This document shows positions 16,162 to 23,529 of a stretch of DNA of 24,382 bases, piece by piece. The stretch's first letter is position 1, and each line of letters begins with the position of its first letter. Under the pieces are notes generated by a model. The model had not been told where the DNA came from, made no database searches, and worked only from the letters and a program-made list of their open reading frames with translations. Source of the stretch: a virus (lineage: Duplodnaviria > Caudoviricetes); IMG/VR virus record IMGVR_UViG_3300032219_000695, positions 1 through 24,382 of that record; one strand, 5' to 3'. Both the position numbers and the translations under genes were made by a program.

Positions 16162-17583
16162 TTACTTAGCCTCCAGTTCCTTCACGCGAGCAGACAATTC
16201 CTTCACGGCTTCGATCAGGACGCCGACAAGGTTGCCGTAAGCCACCGACAGGTGCTCTTCACCTTCGTGAACAACTTCCGGCACAACTTCCTGCATCTCC
16301 TGCGCGATGACACCTACCTGACGCGAGCCGTCCTCAATGCGCTCGTAGCGAACGCCACGCATCTTTTCGACAAGAGCAAGAGCATTGTCGATGGTGCTGA
16401 CGTTCTTCTTAAGACGAGCATCTGAGTAGGCGGTGACGTTACCAGAAGCGGTAACATTGCCGCCATTATCCATCGCAAATGTGTTATACGTTCCGTTATT
16501 ATATGTGCGGAGCGTAAGGGCTGTGTTGTTGCTAGAACCTGTAATTGCGTCAATATAACAAGTACCAGATGATGCCGGATAGGCATAAAGGCCAAAGCTA
16601 TTGCCAGTTCCAGAAAGCGCGGTTGTTTGCTTGAAGATTGACAACGATGCAGCAGGGGTTCCTCCAATCGCCACGTTGCCGGAGGAATCGATGCGCATCG
16701 CCTCAGAACCACCCTCAACAAAAGCGATGGTGTCAGCGGCAGGGAAGAAAATGCCCGTGTTCAAATCGCCAGTGGTCGTAATGGCAGGAAGAGAAACAGT
16801 CCCCGCAGCAGTTACGATCTGGGCGTCACTGTTAATCCGAAGAGCCTCGGCTCCACCTTCTGCGAAAGCAATCGTGTCCGCGGCAGGAAAGAAGATGCCC
16901 GTGTTGAGATCCCCGGTGGTCGTGATAGCGGGAAGAGAAACTGTACCCGCAGCGGTCACAACCTGAGCGTCGCTGTTGATCCGAAGGGCCTCAGCTCCAC
17001 CTTCTGCAAACGCGATGGTGTCGGCAGCAGGAAAGAAGATACCTGTGTTTGTGTCGCCAGTGGTGGTGATGGCAGGAGCGGAGACAGTTCCCGCAGCAAA
17101 CGTCGCAACGCCCGTCACGGTCGGAGAAGACAGCGTTTTATTGGTCAAGGTTTGCGTGCCTGCTTCCGTGACCGGAGCGTTCGCAACCTCAATGACGTCG
17201 GTGCTGTTGGTGTAGACGATGGCCTTCTTGCCGTTGGCAATGGTCACGCCCGTCTGGCCGGAGACCTTCACGGTAACGGCGTATCCGCCAGAGGTGTTGT
17301 TGAAGAAGGTGTAGGGCTTATCAACAGCCGGGACCTCTACGGTGCGAGCAGCGGTCAACGCGCCTGTGAGCTCGATGACGTAATTGCGGCCATTGGAGCT
17401 TGACCCGTTGGGGATCGTCAAGACGGTCGCAGCGCCATCGGTCACGGCCTGCGTGACATAGCCGACGATAGCCTCTTCGAGGAGGGTTCCAAGATTGGTG
17501 TTGGTCGTATTGCCCCACGTGCCGGACTGATCTCCGGTCCCAATCAATTCAATCTTCAAGTTTGTTGAATAGGTGCTGGCCAT
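16162..17583 (-). CDS. Tail fibre protein with C-terminal peptidase S74 intramolecular chaperone (473 aa)
   Basis: N-terminus MASTYS.NLKIELIGTGDQSGTWG..TNTN and three 48-aa repeats. C-terminus AYSDARLKKNV..IDNAL...GVIAQE...PEVV...VAYGNLVGVLIEAVKEL. Confidence 0.9.
   Translation of the reverse strand: MASTYSTNLKIELIGTGDQSGTWGNTTNTNLGTLLEEAIVGYVTQAVTDGAATVLTIPNGSSSNGRNYVIELTGALTAARTVEVPAVDKPYTFFNNTSGGYAVTVKVSGQTGVTIANGKKAIVYTNSTDVIEVANAPVTEAGTQTLTNKTLSSPTVTGVATFAAGTVSAPAITTTGDTNTGIFFPAADTIAFAEGGAEALRINSDAQVVTAAGTVSLPAITTTGDLNTGIFFPAADTIAFAEGGAEALRINSDAQIVTAAGTVSLPAITTTGDLNTGIFFPAADTIAFVEGGSEAMRIDSSGNVAIGGTPAASLSIFKQTTALSGTGNSFGLYAYPASSGTCYIDAITGSSNNTALTLRTYNNGTYNTFAMDNGGNVTASGNVTAYSDARLKKNVSTIDNALALVEKMRGVRYERIEDGSRQVGVIAQEMQEVVPEVVHEGEEHLSVAYGNLVGVLIEAVKELSARVKELEAK
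16687..17097 (-). repeat. Three 144-nt (48-aa) tandem repeats in the tail fibre shaft
   Basis: cgcagc anchors at 17092, 16948 and 16804 give a 144-nt period. Unit: AAGTVSxPAITTTGDxNTGIFFPAADTIAFxEGGxEAxRI. Confidence 0.9.
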
Positions 17584-17593
17584 ACAACGGCTC

Positions 17594-18265
17594 CTAGGCG
17601 GCTATCGGTGTCCAAGTGGGTGATTGAGCAGGGGCGATTCCGGCCCATGACGGGTTCTGGTCAGGGGTGATTTGACCCCACACAAGGACCTGTCCAACAT
17701 ACCCTGTTGCAGAGACCCCTGCAACAAACACGTTGGCGGAAGTTATGATGGAGGGGGAACCAACTTGCCCCGTCGCAGAGACGCCCGTGACATTAACGTA
17801 GTTAACGGTAAGGACTGTAGCGGAACCAACTTGCCCCGTCGCGGACACACCAGTGACCGAGACGTTTGCTGTTCCGGTGATTGTTACTGATCCAACAGAA
17901 CCTGTCGCGGACAGTCCTGTAACAGGAGCATTAGCAGAGGCGGTGGCTGTAGCCGTTCCGACATCACCTGTCGCAGACAGGCCTGTGACGCTGACGTTCG
18001 CTACCCCCGTGACAGAGACGCTGCCGACATCACCTGTCGCAGACAGGCCTGTAACACTGATGATGGCGGAAACGGCGACGGCAACTGTACCGACAGCCCC
18101 CGTCGCCGAGACCCCCGTAACGGAGACCGAAGTCCCCGCCGTTGCGGTAACTGTACCGACATCACCTGTCGCAAGCCCAATAGTGACCGCGCCGCTGCCG
18201 AAGGGGAGTTCACCCCATCCGGCAGAGCGGTTCCAACCTTCAAAGACTACGACAGCATCGGCCAC
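17594..18265 (-). CDS. Repeat-rich fibrous virion protein (223 aa; about seven 22-aa VTG[LV]SATGxVG repeats)
   Basis: The 66-nt period is visible in the DNA (ccgacatcacctgtcgcagacaggcctgt twice, 66 nt apart). Trp-rich termini. Confidence 0.8.
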   Translation of the reverse strand: MADAVVVFEGWNRSAGWGELPFGSGAVTIGLATGDVGTVTATAGTSVSVTGVSATGAVGTVAVAVSAIISVTGLSATGDVGSVSVTGVANVSVTGLSATGDVGTATATASANAPVTGLSATGSVGSVTITGTANVSVTGVSATGQVGSATVLTVNYVNVTGVSATGQVGSPSIITSANVFVAGVSATGYVGQVLVWGQITPDQNPSWAGIAPAQSPTWTPIAA

Positions 18266-18271
18266 GGATCA

Positions 18272-18724
18272 TCACGCAATGCGGATGATAGCGTCAGTCG
18301 AGTTGGCTGTCGGGAAAACGACAGTGAAGTCGCCAGCCGAAGCCGTCTTGTCTGAGCCGAAGTCGAGGATCACAACCGACGGATTCGTGTAGGTGTGAGC
18401 CGGAGTGCTGTTATAGATCATCGCGCCGCGAGCGGTGAAGGACGCGGACGACCATGTCTCGTCAGCAAAGTCGGTGAAGGCTGTCGTGCCGCCCGTCGTC
18501 GGATTGACGTTGGAAAGCAGACCACCGCCAGCGACATAGGCCGAGCCGGACGTGTTGGTGATTTCGTTGGACGTCGTGTACGCCGTGGTAGCCGCCGTAA
18601 ACGAGGCGCTGTTGGTATACAGCGCAATGTAAAAAGCGTCGCCGCCCGAAGAGCGGAAATCGTGAGCGCCCTCAAGCAGTTGCTGCTTGAAGGAGGTGCA
18701 CATAAAGTTGCCAGTAAACGCCAT
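18272..18724 (-). CDS. Conserved tail protein (about 150 aa)
   Basis: MCTSFKQQLL.G.HDF, IALYT, YVAGG, FTDFADETW...FTARGAMIYN and LDFGSDKT..AGDFTVVFP. An alternative ATG lies at 18727. Confidence 0.75.
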   Translation of the reverse strand: MAFTGNFMCTSFKQQLLEGAHDFRSSGGDAFYIALYTNSASFTAATTAYTTSNEITNTSGSAYVAGGGLLSNVNPTTGGTTAFTDFADETWSSASFTARGAMIYNSTPAHTYTNPSVVILDFGSDKTASAGDFTVVFPTANSTDAIIRIA

Positions 18725-19017
18725 CATAGCCTCCTGAGGAGTTCGGCCAGTTGCGGATGCCCCGCATCTGAGACCGCATTCTGAATTGTTGTCCTGTCAC
18801 TCTGTATAGCACGTTTCACGTGAAACAGAATGACGTGTTCCATTTGATCTCTGAAAGCCAGCGCCTGTTCCCGGATTTCGGGAGGGGCGTTTTCAGAGAC
18901 CTGTATCAGACGCTCAACGCATCTGTGCGCCCAAAACTCAGGCGGATGACCTTTGCCGGAGGTAGTGGCCACATCGACCTTCATCACCTCGGCTTGACCC
19001 GGATTAACCCACGACAT
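18724..19017 (-). CDS. Conserved hypothetical phage protein (97 aa)
   Basis: TGATG-coupled at both ends. Motifs VATT..KGH.PE, APPEIREQA.AF and AI.SDRTT. Confidence 0.75.
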   Translation of the reverse strand: MSWVNPGQAEVMKVDVATTSGKGHPPEFWAHRCVERLIQVSENAPPEIREQALAFRDQMEHVILFHVKRAIQSDRTTIQNAVSDAGHPQLAELLRRL

Positions 19018-19652
19018 CAGTTGGCCTTCACTCTTGTCAGGCCATCACGATAAGCGTCGATATTTTCACGACCCTCACCGAGGTTCTTGAGGCGGCTGAC
19101 CGATTCAATAAAGCGGTTTTCGTAAATCTGGCGAAGGTCGTTTTCGCCCTTCATGTAGGTGTAAGCTTCTGACAAGGAACCGTAAAGCATTGCTTCTTCG
19201 GCATAGGTTCCGAGCCACGTCGTCCCGGCAGTGACGATGGATTCGGGGCGGTAGTAATAGTGAAGCTCGGCCGTGTAGCTGGAGGCAGGAACCGGGGCGA
19301 GGATGAAGTTATCCACGTCGAAGAGGGCATAATACTTTGGAACGCCTGTGGCTCCCGACGGGTTGTACTCTTGGACGTATTCCGTGTCTTTGTTCAAGAG
19401 AAACACTTTGGAACCACTGGACGTGATCGAGAGGCTGTAGGGCGACAGGTAGTCACTGGGGCACGCCAGATACTGGTTACCCGTAGAGCAGGATCCGGAG
19501 ACGTTCTTGCGGAACACCTCCATCTGAGCAGCATAGATAATGCGCTCTTCGCAATTGCGAATAAACGTGTTGATGTTCTGGTTGAACGTCGTTTCATCGT
19601 ACTCGGTCCAATCCTTGATCGCCTGCACCAAGGTTGCGTATGTCCATGCCAT
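19017..19652 (-). CDS. Putative head-tail adaptor protein (211 aa)
   Basis: TYATLVQAIKDWTE, FI...EERI, G.PKYYA, LAPVP...Y.AELHYYYRPESI and LYGSL.EAY.YMKGE. Lies between head and tail genes. Confidence 0.65.
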   Translation of the reverse strand: MAWTYATLVQAIKDWTEYDETTFNQNINTFIRNCEERIIYAAQMEVFRKNVSGSCSTGNQYLACPSDYLSPYSLSITSSGSKVFLLNKDTEYVQEYNPSGATGVPKYYALFDVDNFILAPVPASSYTAELHYYYRPESIVTAGTTWLGTYAEEAMLYGSLSEAYTYMKGENDLRQIYENRFIESVSRLKNLGEGRENIDAYRDGLTRVKAN

Positions 19653-19963
19653 CACGGGCTCCCAATTGTAACGGTCACAATACCAACGCTTGTGACACCT
19701 TGGGTAGAGGTATTCTCAATAAACGGGAAGATCTGTTGACCAACCGGAACGTCCATCGGCTCGATGCGGTCAGGACGAGGGTTGGCCAGAGCCTGAGGCT
19801 CCGTCGGAGGATAGATAGGATCAAGCTGCGGGTGCTTGGATTCCCAGCATTCCGGACATGTGCGCAAGCCCTGCCATTCACGCTTCAACTGCGTGTAATA
19901 GTACATCTGACCGCATCGGTCGCATATGGCTTCTGACTGATAGCCAGTGGCATGACGCGCCAT
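19652..19963 (-). CDS. Small CxxC...CxxC (putative zinc ribbon) phage protein (103 aa)
   Basis: ICDRCG...TCPECWESKHPQL...PQALANPRPD. Confidence 0.8.
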   Translation of the reverse strand: MARHATGYQSEAICDRCGQMYYYTQLKREWQGLRTCPECWESKHPQLDPIYPPTEPQALANPRPDRIEPMDVPVGQQIFPFIENTSTQGVTSVGIVTVTIGSP

Positions 19964-20668
19964 TTAGACCACCCGATAGAAGTTCTGGACAGGAGCAAGC
20001 GTCAGAGACGCACGGTCACGGTCTTCGCCAGCCGCCCGCTCGAACTCTTCCTCGTACACAGCCTTCAGAAGCTGGACCCGCTCGGGGGCCTTCTTCATGG
20101 CGATGTAATAGGCGAGGCCCGCAGCAAGGCAGGGGTAGAAACGGAAGGGGACTTGGAGGGTGTTCACGCCAGCCCCAGCATCGTCCATACGCACCAGCTT
20201 ATCCACAACCATATAATAGGTCGTGTTAGGCTTGGGCCAGACGTAGAGGACAGGGGTAATCTGCCGATCAACAAAGTATTGAACGGGGCGGCCCTCGGTC
20301 AACTTATTGGGAATGTTGAGGTAATACTCGCGGCTGACGCGATCAACGGTAAGGTCAGCCTGAGACGACGTACCCACGCCATCCTGATTGCGGACGATTG
20401 CCGAGATGATGTCGATAGTAGAAGCAGAAAGAGTGTAGCTCACGCCACCGTTATTGACGCCCCCAGTGGGGGTGACAGTGATTGTCTCTTTCTCAATGGT
20501 CCACTGGTTCAGACCGCGGTTGGCCCATTCGGCAAGAAGAAGGTTGAGGCTGCGACGCGCCGTGCGCTGGTCGTAGCCCGTGCGGATCTCGATGCCGCAC
20601 CGCTCAAACGCCTCTTCAATATAGTCGGCGACGTCAAGCTCAAACGTCTTCGTACCGGAGACAGCCAT
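19964..20668 (-). CDS. Putative head-tail connector/adaptor protein (234 aa)
   Basis: The ATG at 20668 overlaps the upstream TGA. Motifs IEEAFERCG...GYD.RTARRSLNLLLAEWANRGLN.W, IPNK...GRP.Q and VPFRFYPCLAAGLAYY. Confidence 0.7.
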   Translation of the reverse strand: MAVSGTKTFELDVADYIEEAFERCGIEIRTGYDQRTARRSLNLLLAEWANRGLNQWTIEKETITVTPTGGVNNGGVSYTLSASTIDIISAIVRNQDGVGTSSQADLTVDRVSREYYLNIPNKLTEGRPVQYFVDRQITPVLYVWPKPNTTYYMVVDKLVRMDDAGAGVNTLQVPFRFYPCLAAGLAYYIAMKKAPERVQLLKAVYEEEFERAAGEDRDRASLTLAPVQNFYRVV

Positions 20669-20832
20669 CACTTACCTCGTTTTTTGGCGACCCCCGCCTC
20701 AGAAAGGGCGATAGCGATAGCCTGCTTCTTACTCTTTACCACAGGTCCCTTCTTGCCGGAATGCAGAGTTCCAGTTTTGAACTCATGCATGACCTTGCCG
20801 ACCTTCTTCTGGGCTTTCGTAGGCTTCTTCAT
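20668..20832 (-). CDS. DUF6496-like small basic protein (54 aa)
   Basis: Missing from the ORF track. Hand translation: MKKPTKAQKKVGKVMHEFKTGTLHSGKKGPVVKSKKQAIAIALSEAGVAKKRGK. It fills the gap between neighbours almost exactly, and VMHEFK.G.LHSG...KQAIAIALSEA matches the recalled DUF6496 signature. Confidence 0.85.
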   Translation of the reverse strand: MKKPTKAQKKVGKVMHEFKTGTLHSGKKGPVVKSKKQAIAIALSEAGVAKKRGK

Positions 20833-20833
20833 A

Positions 20834-21079
20834 TCAAAGACCCTTCTTGCGGAACGGCTTCACCTTTTTGGCAACGCCTTTTGGCTGACTTACAAACTGC
20901 TTTCCCGCAGCTTTGCCAGCGCGCTTCGCTTTGGTGGTTGCCGCATATTCCTGTGGAGACAGGGATTTGATAGCGGCCTCAGGAAGATACCTCTCGCCCG
21001 TCTGGCTGGACGGCTTGCCGGACTTCGTGCGCCACTTCTGTGCGGTCCAAGCTTTGAGGGATTTCTGGGACGCCTTCAT
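20834..21079 (-). CDS. Basic protein resembling the C-terminal part of DUF5872 proteins (81 aa)
   Basis: SQKSLKAWT.QKWRTK.G...ERYLPEAA...LS..E...T...KR...GKQFV. Confidence 0.75.
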   Translation of the reverse strand: MKASQKSLKAWTAQKWRTKSGKPSSQTGERYLPEAAIKSLSPQEYAATTKAKRAGKAAGKQFVSQPKGVAKKVKPFRKKGL

Positions 21080-21267
21080 TTGCCCTTATAACCTCCGCCC
21101 TTGGCCTTGTACTGCTTGGCCAACAGTTGCGCCTTGCGGGCAGACCATTGGCCAGCAGCAGTTCCTTGCACGGCGGACGCCTTGATCTTCTCAAACAAAG
21201 CTTTGCGCATGCTGGGTTTTGTGTAGTTCCCGGCAGCGTTGACTTTGCTTTTGACGACCTTGGCCAT
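21076..21267 (-). CDS. Basic protein resembling the N-terminal part of DUF5872 proteins (63 aa)
   Basis: YTKP.MR...IKA....G..AGQWSARKAQLLA..YK.KGGGYK. Confidence 0.8.
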   Translation of the reverse strand: MAKVVKSKVNAAGNYTKPSMRKALFEKIKASAVQGTAAGQWSARKAQLLAKQYKAKGGGYKGK

Positions 21268-21428
21268 CAGCAGACCTTGCAGGACTTGACGCCCTTGCCG
21301 CCGCAGCAGCCGTCGCCCTTTGGCTTGACCTTAGAGACCATGCCGCCCTTGGCCTTCATGACGGAACCGCCACACTTGCCGGAGACCATGCCGCCTTTGC
21401 GGTACTTTTTTGAGCCATAACCACCCAT
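21267..21428 (-). CDS. Small Lys/Gly/Cys-rich protein with KGGMV motifs (53 aa)
   Basis: Start reassigned to the ATG at 21428, 1 nt after the upstream stop and preceded by AAGGA. Sequence: MGGYGSKKYRKGGMVSGKCGGSVMKAKGGMVSKVKPKGDGCCGGKGVKSCKVC. Confidence 0.7.
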   Translation of the reverse strand: MGGYGSKKYRKGGMVSGKCGGSVMKAKGGMVSKVKPKGDGCCGGKGVKSCKVC

Positions 21429-21429
21429 G

Positions 21430-21852
21430 TTAGTACATCCTTCCTTTAGTGAAACCACGTGTTGCGCAACCGTCGCCGCGACCAGAACGGGCTTTCTTGG
21501 CCTTTACCATTCCGCCTTTGCGATAACCCTTGCCGCGATACATCTCTTGATCGGTTGCTGCGTTGTCCTGATCAATTGTCTCCATCAACTGGCGACGCTC
21601 GTTCTCGAAATCGTTTTCGCTCATTGGTTTATTGCGGCCACGATTCGCTGCGTCACGGGTATCCGCCGTGCCGCGAACGAGTTCATCAAGGGCCTTGCGG
21701 TCCTCTGCGGAAGGAGTGCTTTGCATGGGAGCCGAATCGCGAGACTTCTGTTCGCGTTCCATCTCTGCTTCGCGCTCGCGCTTTTTGTATTCGCGGAACT
21801 TGTCGCGAACAATGTTTGGAACAGACGAATAAGTCTCGCTGGCCTTGGCCAT
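21430..21852 (-). CDS. Charged protein with basic C-terminal tail YRKGGMV...RGDGCATRGFTKGRMY (140 aa)
   Basis: Packed 1 nt from both neighbours. A highly charged body is followed by a 30-aa basic tail. Confidence 0.75.
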   Translation of the reverse strand: MAKASETYSSVPNIVRDKFREYKKREREAEMEREQKSRDSAPMQSTPSAEDRKALDELVRGTADTRDAANRGRNKPMSENDFENERRQLMETIDQDNAATDQEMYRGKGYRKGGMVKAKKARSGRGDGCATRGFTKGRMY

Positions 21853-21853
21853 G

Positions 21854-22144
21854 TTATTTGCCCTTCTTCTTGCCGATGCCGATGATCAGCATCATGCCGC
21901 CCTTCTTCATGCCTTTTTTGGCAGCAGGGGCCTTAGCCATGCCGCCCTTCTTCATGGCCATACCCTTCTTAGCCATGCCGCCCTTCTTCATGGCCATAGG
22001 AGCCATCGAGTCTGCGCCCATGTCCGGACCGGGCGACATACCCATGTCCATCTTCTTGCGGGGCGAGACCATCTTCTTATCCATTGCACGGTTGCGGACG
22101 CGCTTTGCCATTGTTTCCTGCTTCATGTCTTTACGGCCGATCAT
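21854..22144 (-). CDS. Lys/Met-rich basic protein with three MKKGGM motifs (96 aa)
   Basis: ATGA overlap and AGGAG SD. Low-complexity K/M/G/A composition. Confidence 0.8.
   Translation of the reverse strand: MIGRKDMKQETMAKRVRNRAMDKKMVSPRKKMDMGMSPGPDMGADSMAPMAMKKGGMAKKGMAMKKGGMAKAPAAKKGMKKGGMMLIIGIGKKKGK
21932..21998 (-). repeat. Exact 31-nt direct repeat (36-nt period) encoding MAMKKGGMAK
   Basis: cttagccatgccgcccttcttcatggccata at 21932-21962 and 21968-21998; a partial third copy lies at 21893-21911. Confidence 0.9.
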
Positions 22145-22407
22145 TGTTTTGCTCCTGAGATGCGGTCAATCTTTTCTTCCAACCGATCAAAACGCTGCAT
22201 GATTCGGTTGAGGTCGTTGTGGAGATCAGCTTTTGTCACGTAGGACGAAGCCATAGTCTCCCGAGTTTCTGCGAGGCTTTTCCAGATCTGATTGATCGTG
22301 GCGTCTGAATGATCTGCTCGTTTGTTGACATAGGCAATAGCCCACACGATGGGGGCAACAACCAGTGTCAGAATGACGTTCCAGATTAGATCAAGGCCCA
22401 CGGTCAT
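22141..22407 (-). CDS. Small membrane-anchored coiled-coil protein (88 aa)
   Basis: N-terminal transmembrane segment LIWNVILTLVVAPIVWAIAYV and C-terminal TRE....YVTK.D...RFDRLEEKID. GGAG SD. Confidence 0.8.
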   Translation of the reverse strand: MTVGLDLIWNVILTLVVAPIVWAIAYVNKRADHSDATINQIWKSLAETRETMASSYVTKADLHNDLNRIMQRFDRLEEKIDRISGAKQ

Positions 22408-22736
22408 TTGAATCGGCTCCCTCCGGGTGGAGATTTCTTAGAACCACCGGGTCCGGCCCAGAGAACCTTTCGAGCCCAGTAGTTAGCGGAAAACTTATCG
22501 TCCTTGCCTTTGATCCCAGCAGAACGAGCGAGGTAGCTCTTGCGAGCCTCAGCGGAATAGTTGTGGCCCATCGAGGCGTCACCGAAGTGGACGACTTTTA
22601 CCTCATCGCCTTTCTTGGCGAGGACCATCTTTTTCTTTTTCGGATTTGTAGAAGCGCGCGGCTTATTGAAACCGGGGAACGAAACTCCCCGATAGGTCAA
22701 CGTGCCGCCAGTGCGCTTGATGCTAGAGGCTTTCAT
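22404..22736 (-). CDS. DUF5754-like basic protein (110 aa)
   Basis: Start reassigned to the ATG at 22736 (TGATG). KVVHFGD...ARKSYLAR......DKFSANYWARKVLW resembles the HFG...YL.R...W family seen in phages and large DNA viruses. Confidence 0.65.
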   Translation of the reverse strand: MKASSIKRTGGTLTYRGVSFPGFNKPRASTNPKKKKMVLAKKGDEVKVVHFGDASMGHNYSAEARKSYLARSAGIKGKDDKFSANYWARKVLWAGPGGSKKSPPGGSRFK

Positions 22737-23521
22737 CAGGCCGTACTCGCATCGTTCTTGATGAGGACAAGCATGAACATCGATGCGCAAGAATTGTTGT
22801 TGGCAGAGCCAACCGCCCGTGCCTCTATCGTTGTTTTCTCTGGGATGACGAGAGGGTATTCAAAAGTGTAGTCGGCAGTCCCATTGTTGAGCGTAACAAC
22901 AGCTTCCGTGCGAGTGATATTATCCGCTCCGCGCGCCACAAGACGCCCTGTTATGGAAGTAGAGCCTGAGAGCTGCCCCGCTGAAAACAGCCCTTGTGAG
23001 AGATATGCCGTATACCCCGCTGGAACGGTGTAGCTTCCCGTTACACGTGAGTTGTAGTCATTTTCAATGACATCATACACCGTTGCGGGAACGCCCGCTG
23101 TAACGACCCCAGTTCCAAAGTAAATTGTCCCGGCAGCGGAACTCAAGGACCCGGCCGTTGCCACGTAGCATTGGTTGATATGGAGGTACGAGTTTGATGT
23201 TGTGACGGCGGTTTGACCGTTAAGGGGGACTATTTCTGAAATCGTGTTGTGGCTTGCGTCCAAGCCTTGGAGATAAACTGTTCGTGCTCCCGTTCCGTTT
23301 TGTGTGTCGTTCGCATTGTTGGAACTAACACTCAACTGCAAAGCGGCGGCGGGAAACGGAAGAATACCTCCATGTGGCCATACGGTCTCGACGGTCTGAT
23401 CAACATCGGCATTATAACCAAAGACGGTGACCGCTTGGTGCCAAGTAATTTGGCCGCGGGAAACTTGAAGTTCCCACGGCTCATTTTTCCCGGTCCTTGT
23501 TACTGATGAAGGAGCCGTCAT
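22736..23521 (-). CDS. Conserved beta-rich phage protein, probably virion-associated (261 aa)
   Basis: LQVSRGQI..H....FGYNADVD...ETVW, DT..GTGARTV...GLD and YTVPAGYTAYL motifs. Confidence 0.7.
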   Translation of the reverse strand: MTAPSSVTRTGKNEPWELQVSRGQITWHQAVTVFGYNADVDQTVETVWPHGGILPFPAAALQLSVSSNNANDTQNGTGARTVYLQGLDASHNTISEIVPLNGQTAVTTSNSYLHINQCYVATAGSLSSAAGTIYFGTGVVTAGVPATVYDVIENDYNSRVTGSYTVPAGYTAYLSQGLFSAGQLSGSTSITGRLVARGADNITRTEAVVTLNNGTADYTFEYPLVIPEKTTIEARAVGSANNNSCASMFMLVLIKNDASTA

Positions 23522-23529
23522 GACAGGCC

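Noticed and set aside
16700-17020. FAEGG/FVEGG in tail-fibre repeats as further GG-tag instances
   Set aside because: They belong to the ordinary fibre repeat IAF..GG.E..RI and are better explained as structural turns.
15156-18265. Diversity-generating retroelement or invertible tail-fibre switch
   Set aside because: I saw no reverse transcriptase, invertase, template/variable repeat pair or flanking inverted repeats.
19952-21091. 379-aa plus-strand ORF spanning several genes
   Set aside because: It lies fully antisense to a coupled set of motif-bearing genes and has no recognisable protein features. Another plus-strand ORF at 21459-22202 is rejected for the same reason.
22141-22407. Calling the 88-aa or 158-aa membrane proteins holin or spanin
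   Set aside because: No endolysin or lipobox partner is visible in the window, and a single transmembrane segment plus coiled coil is not diagnostic.
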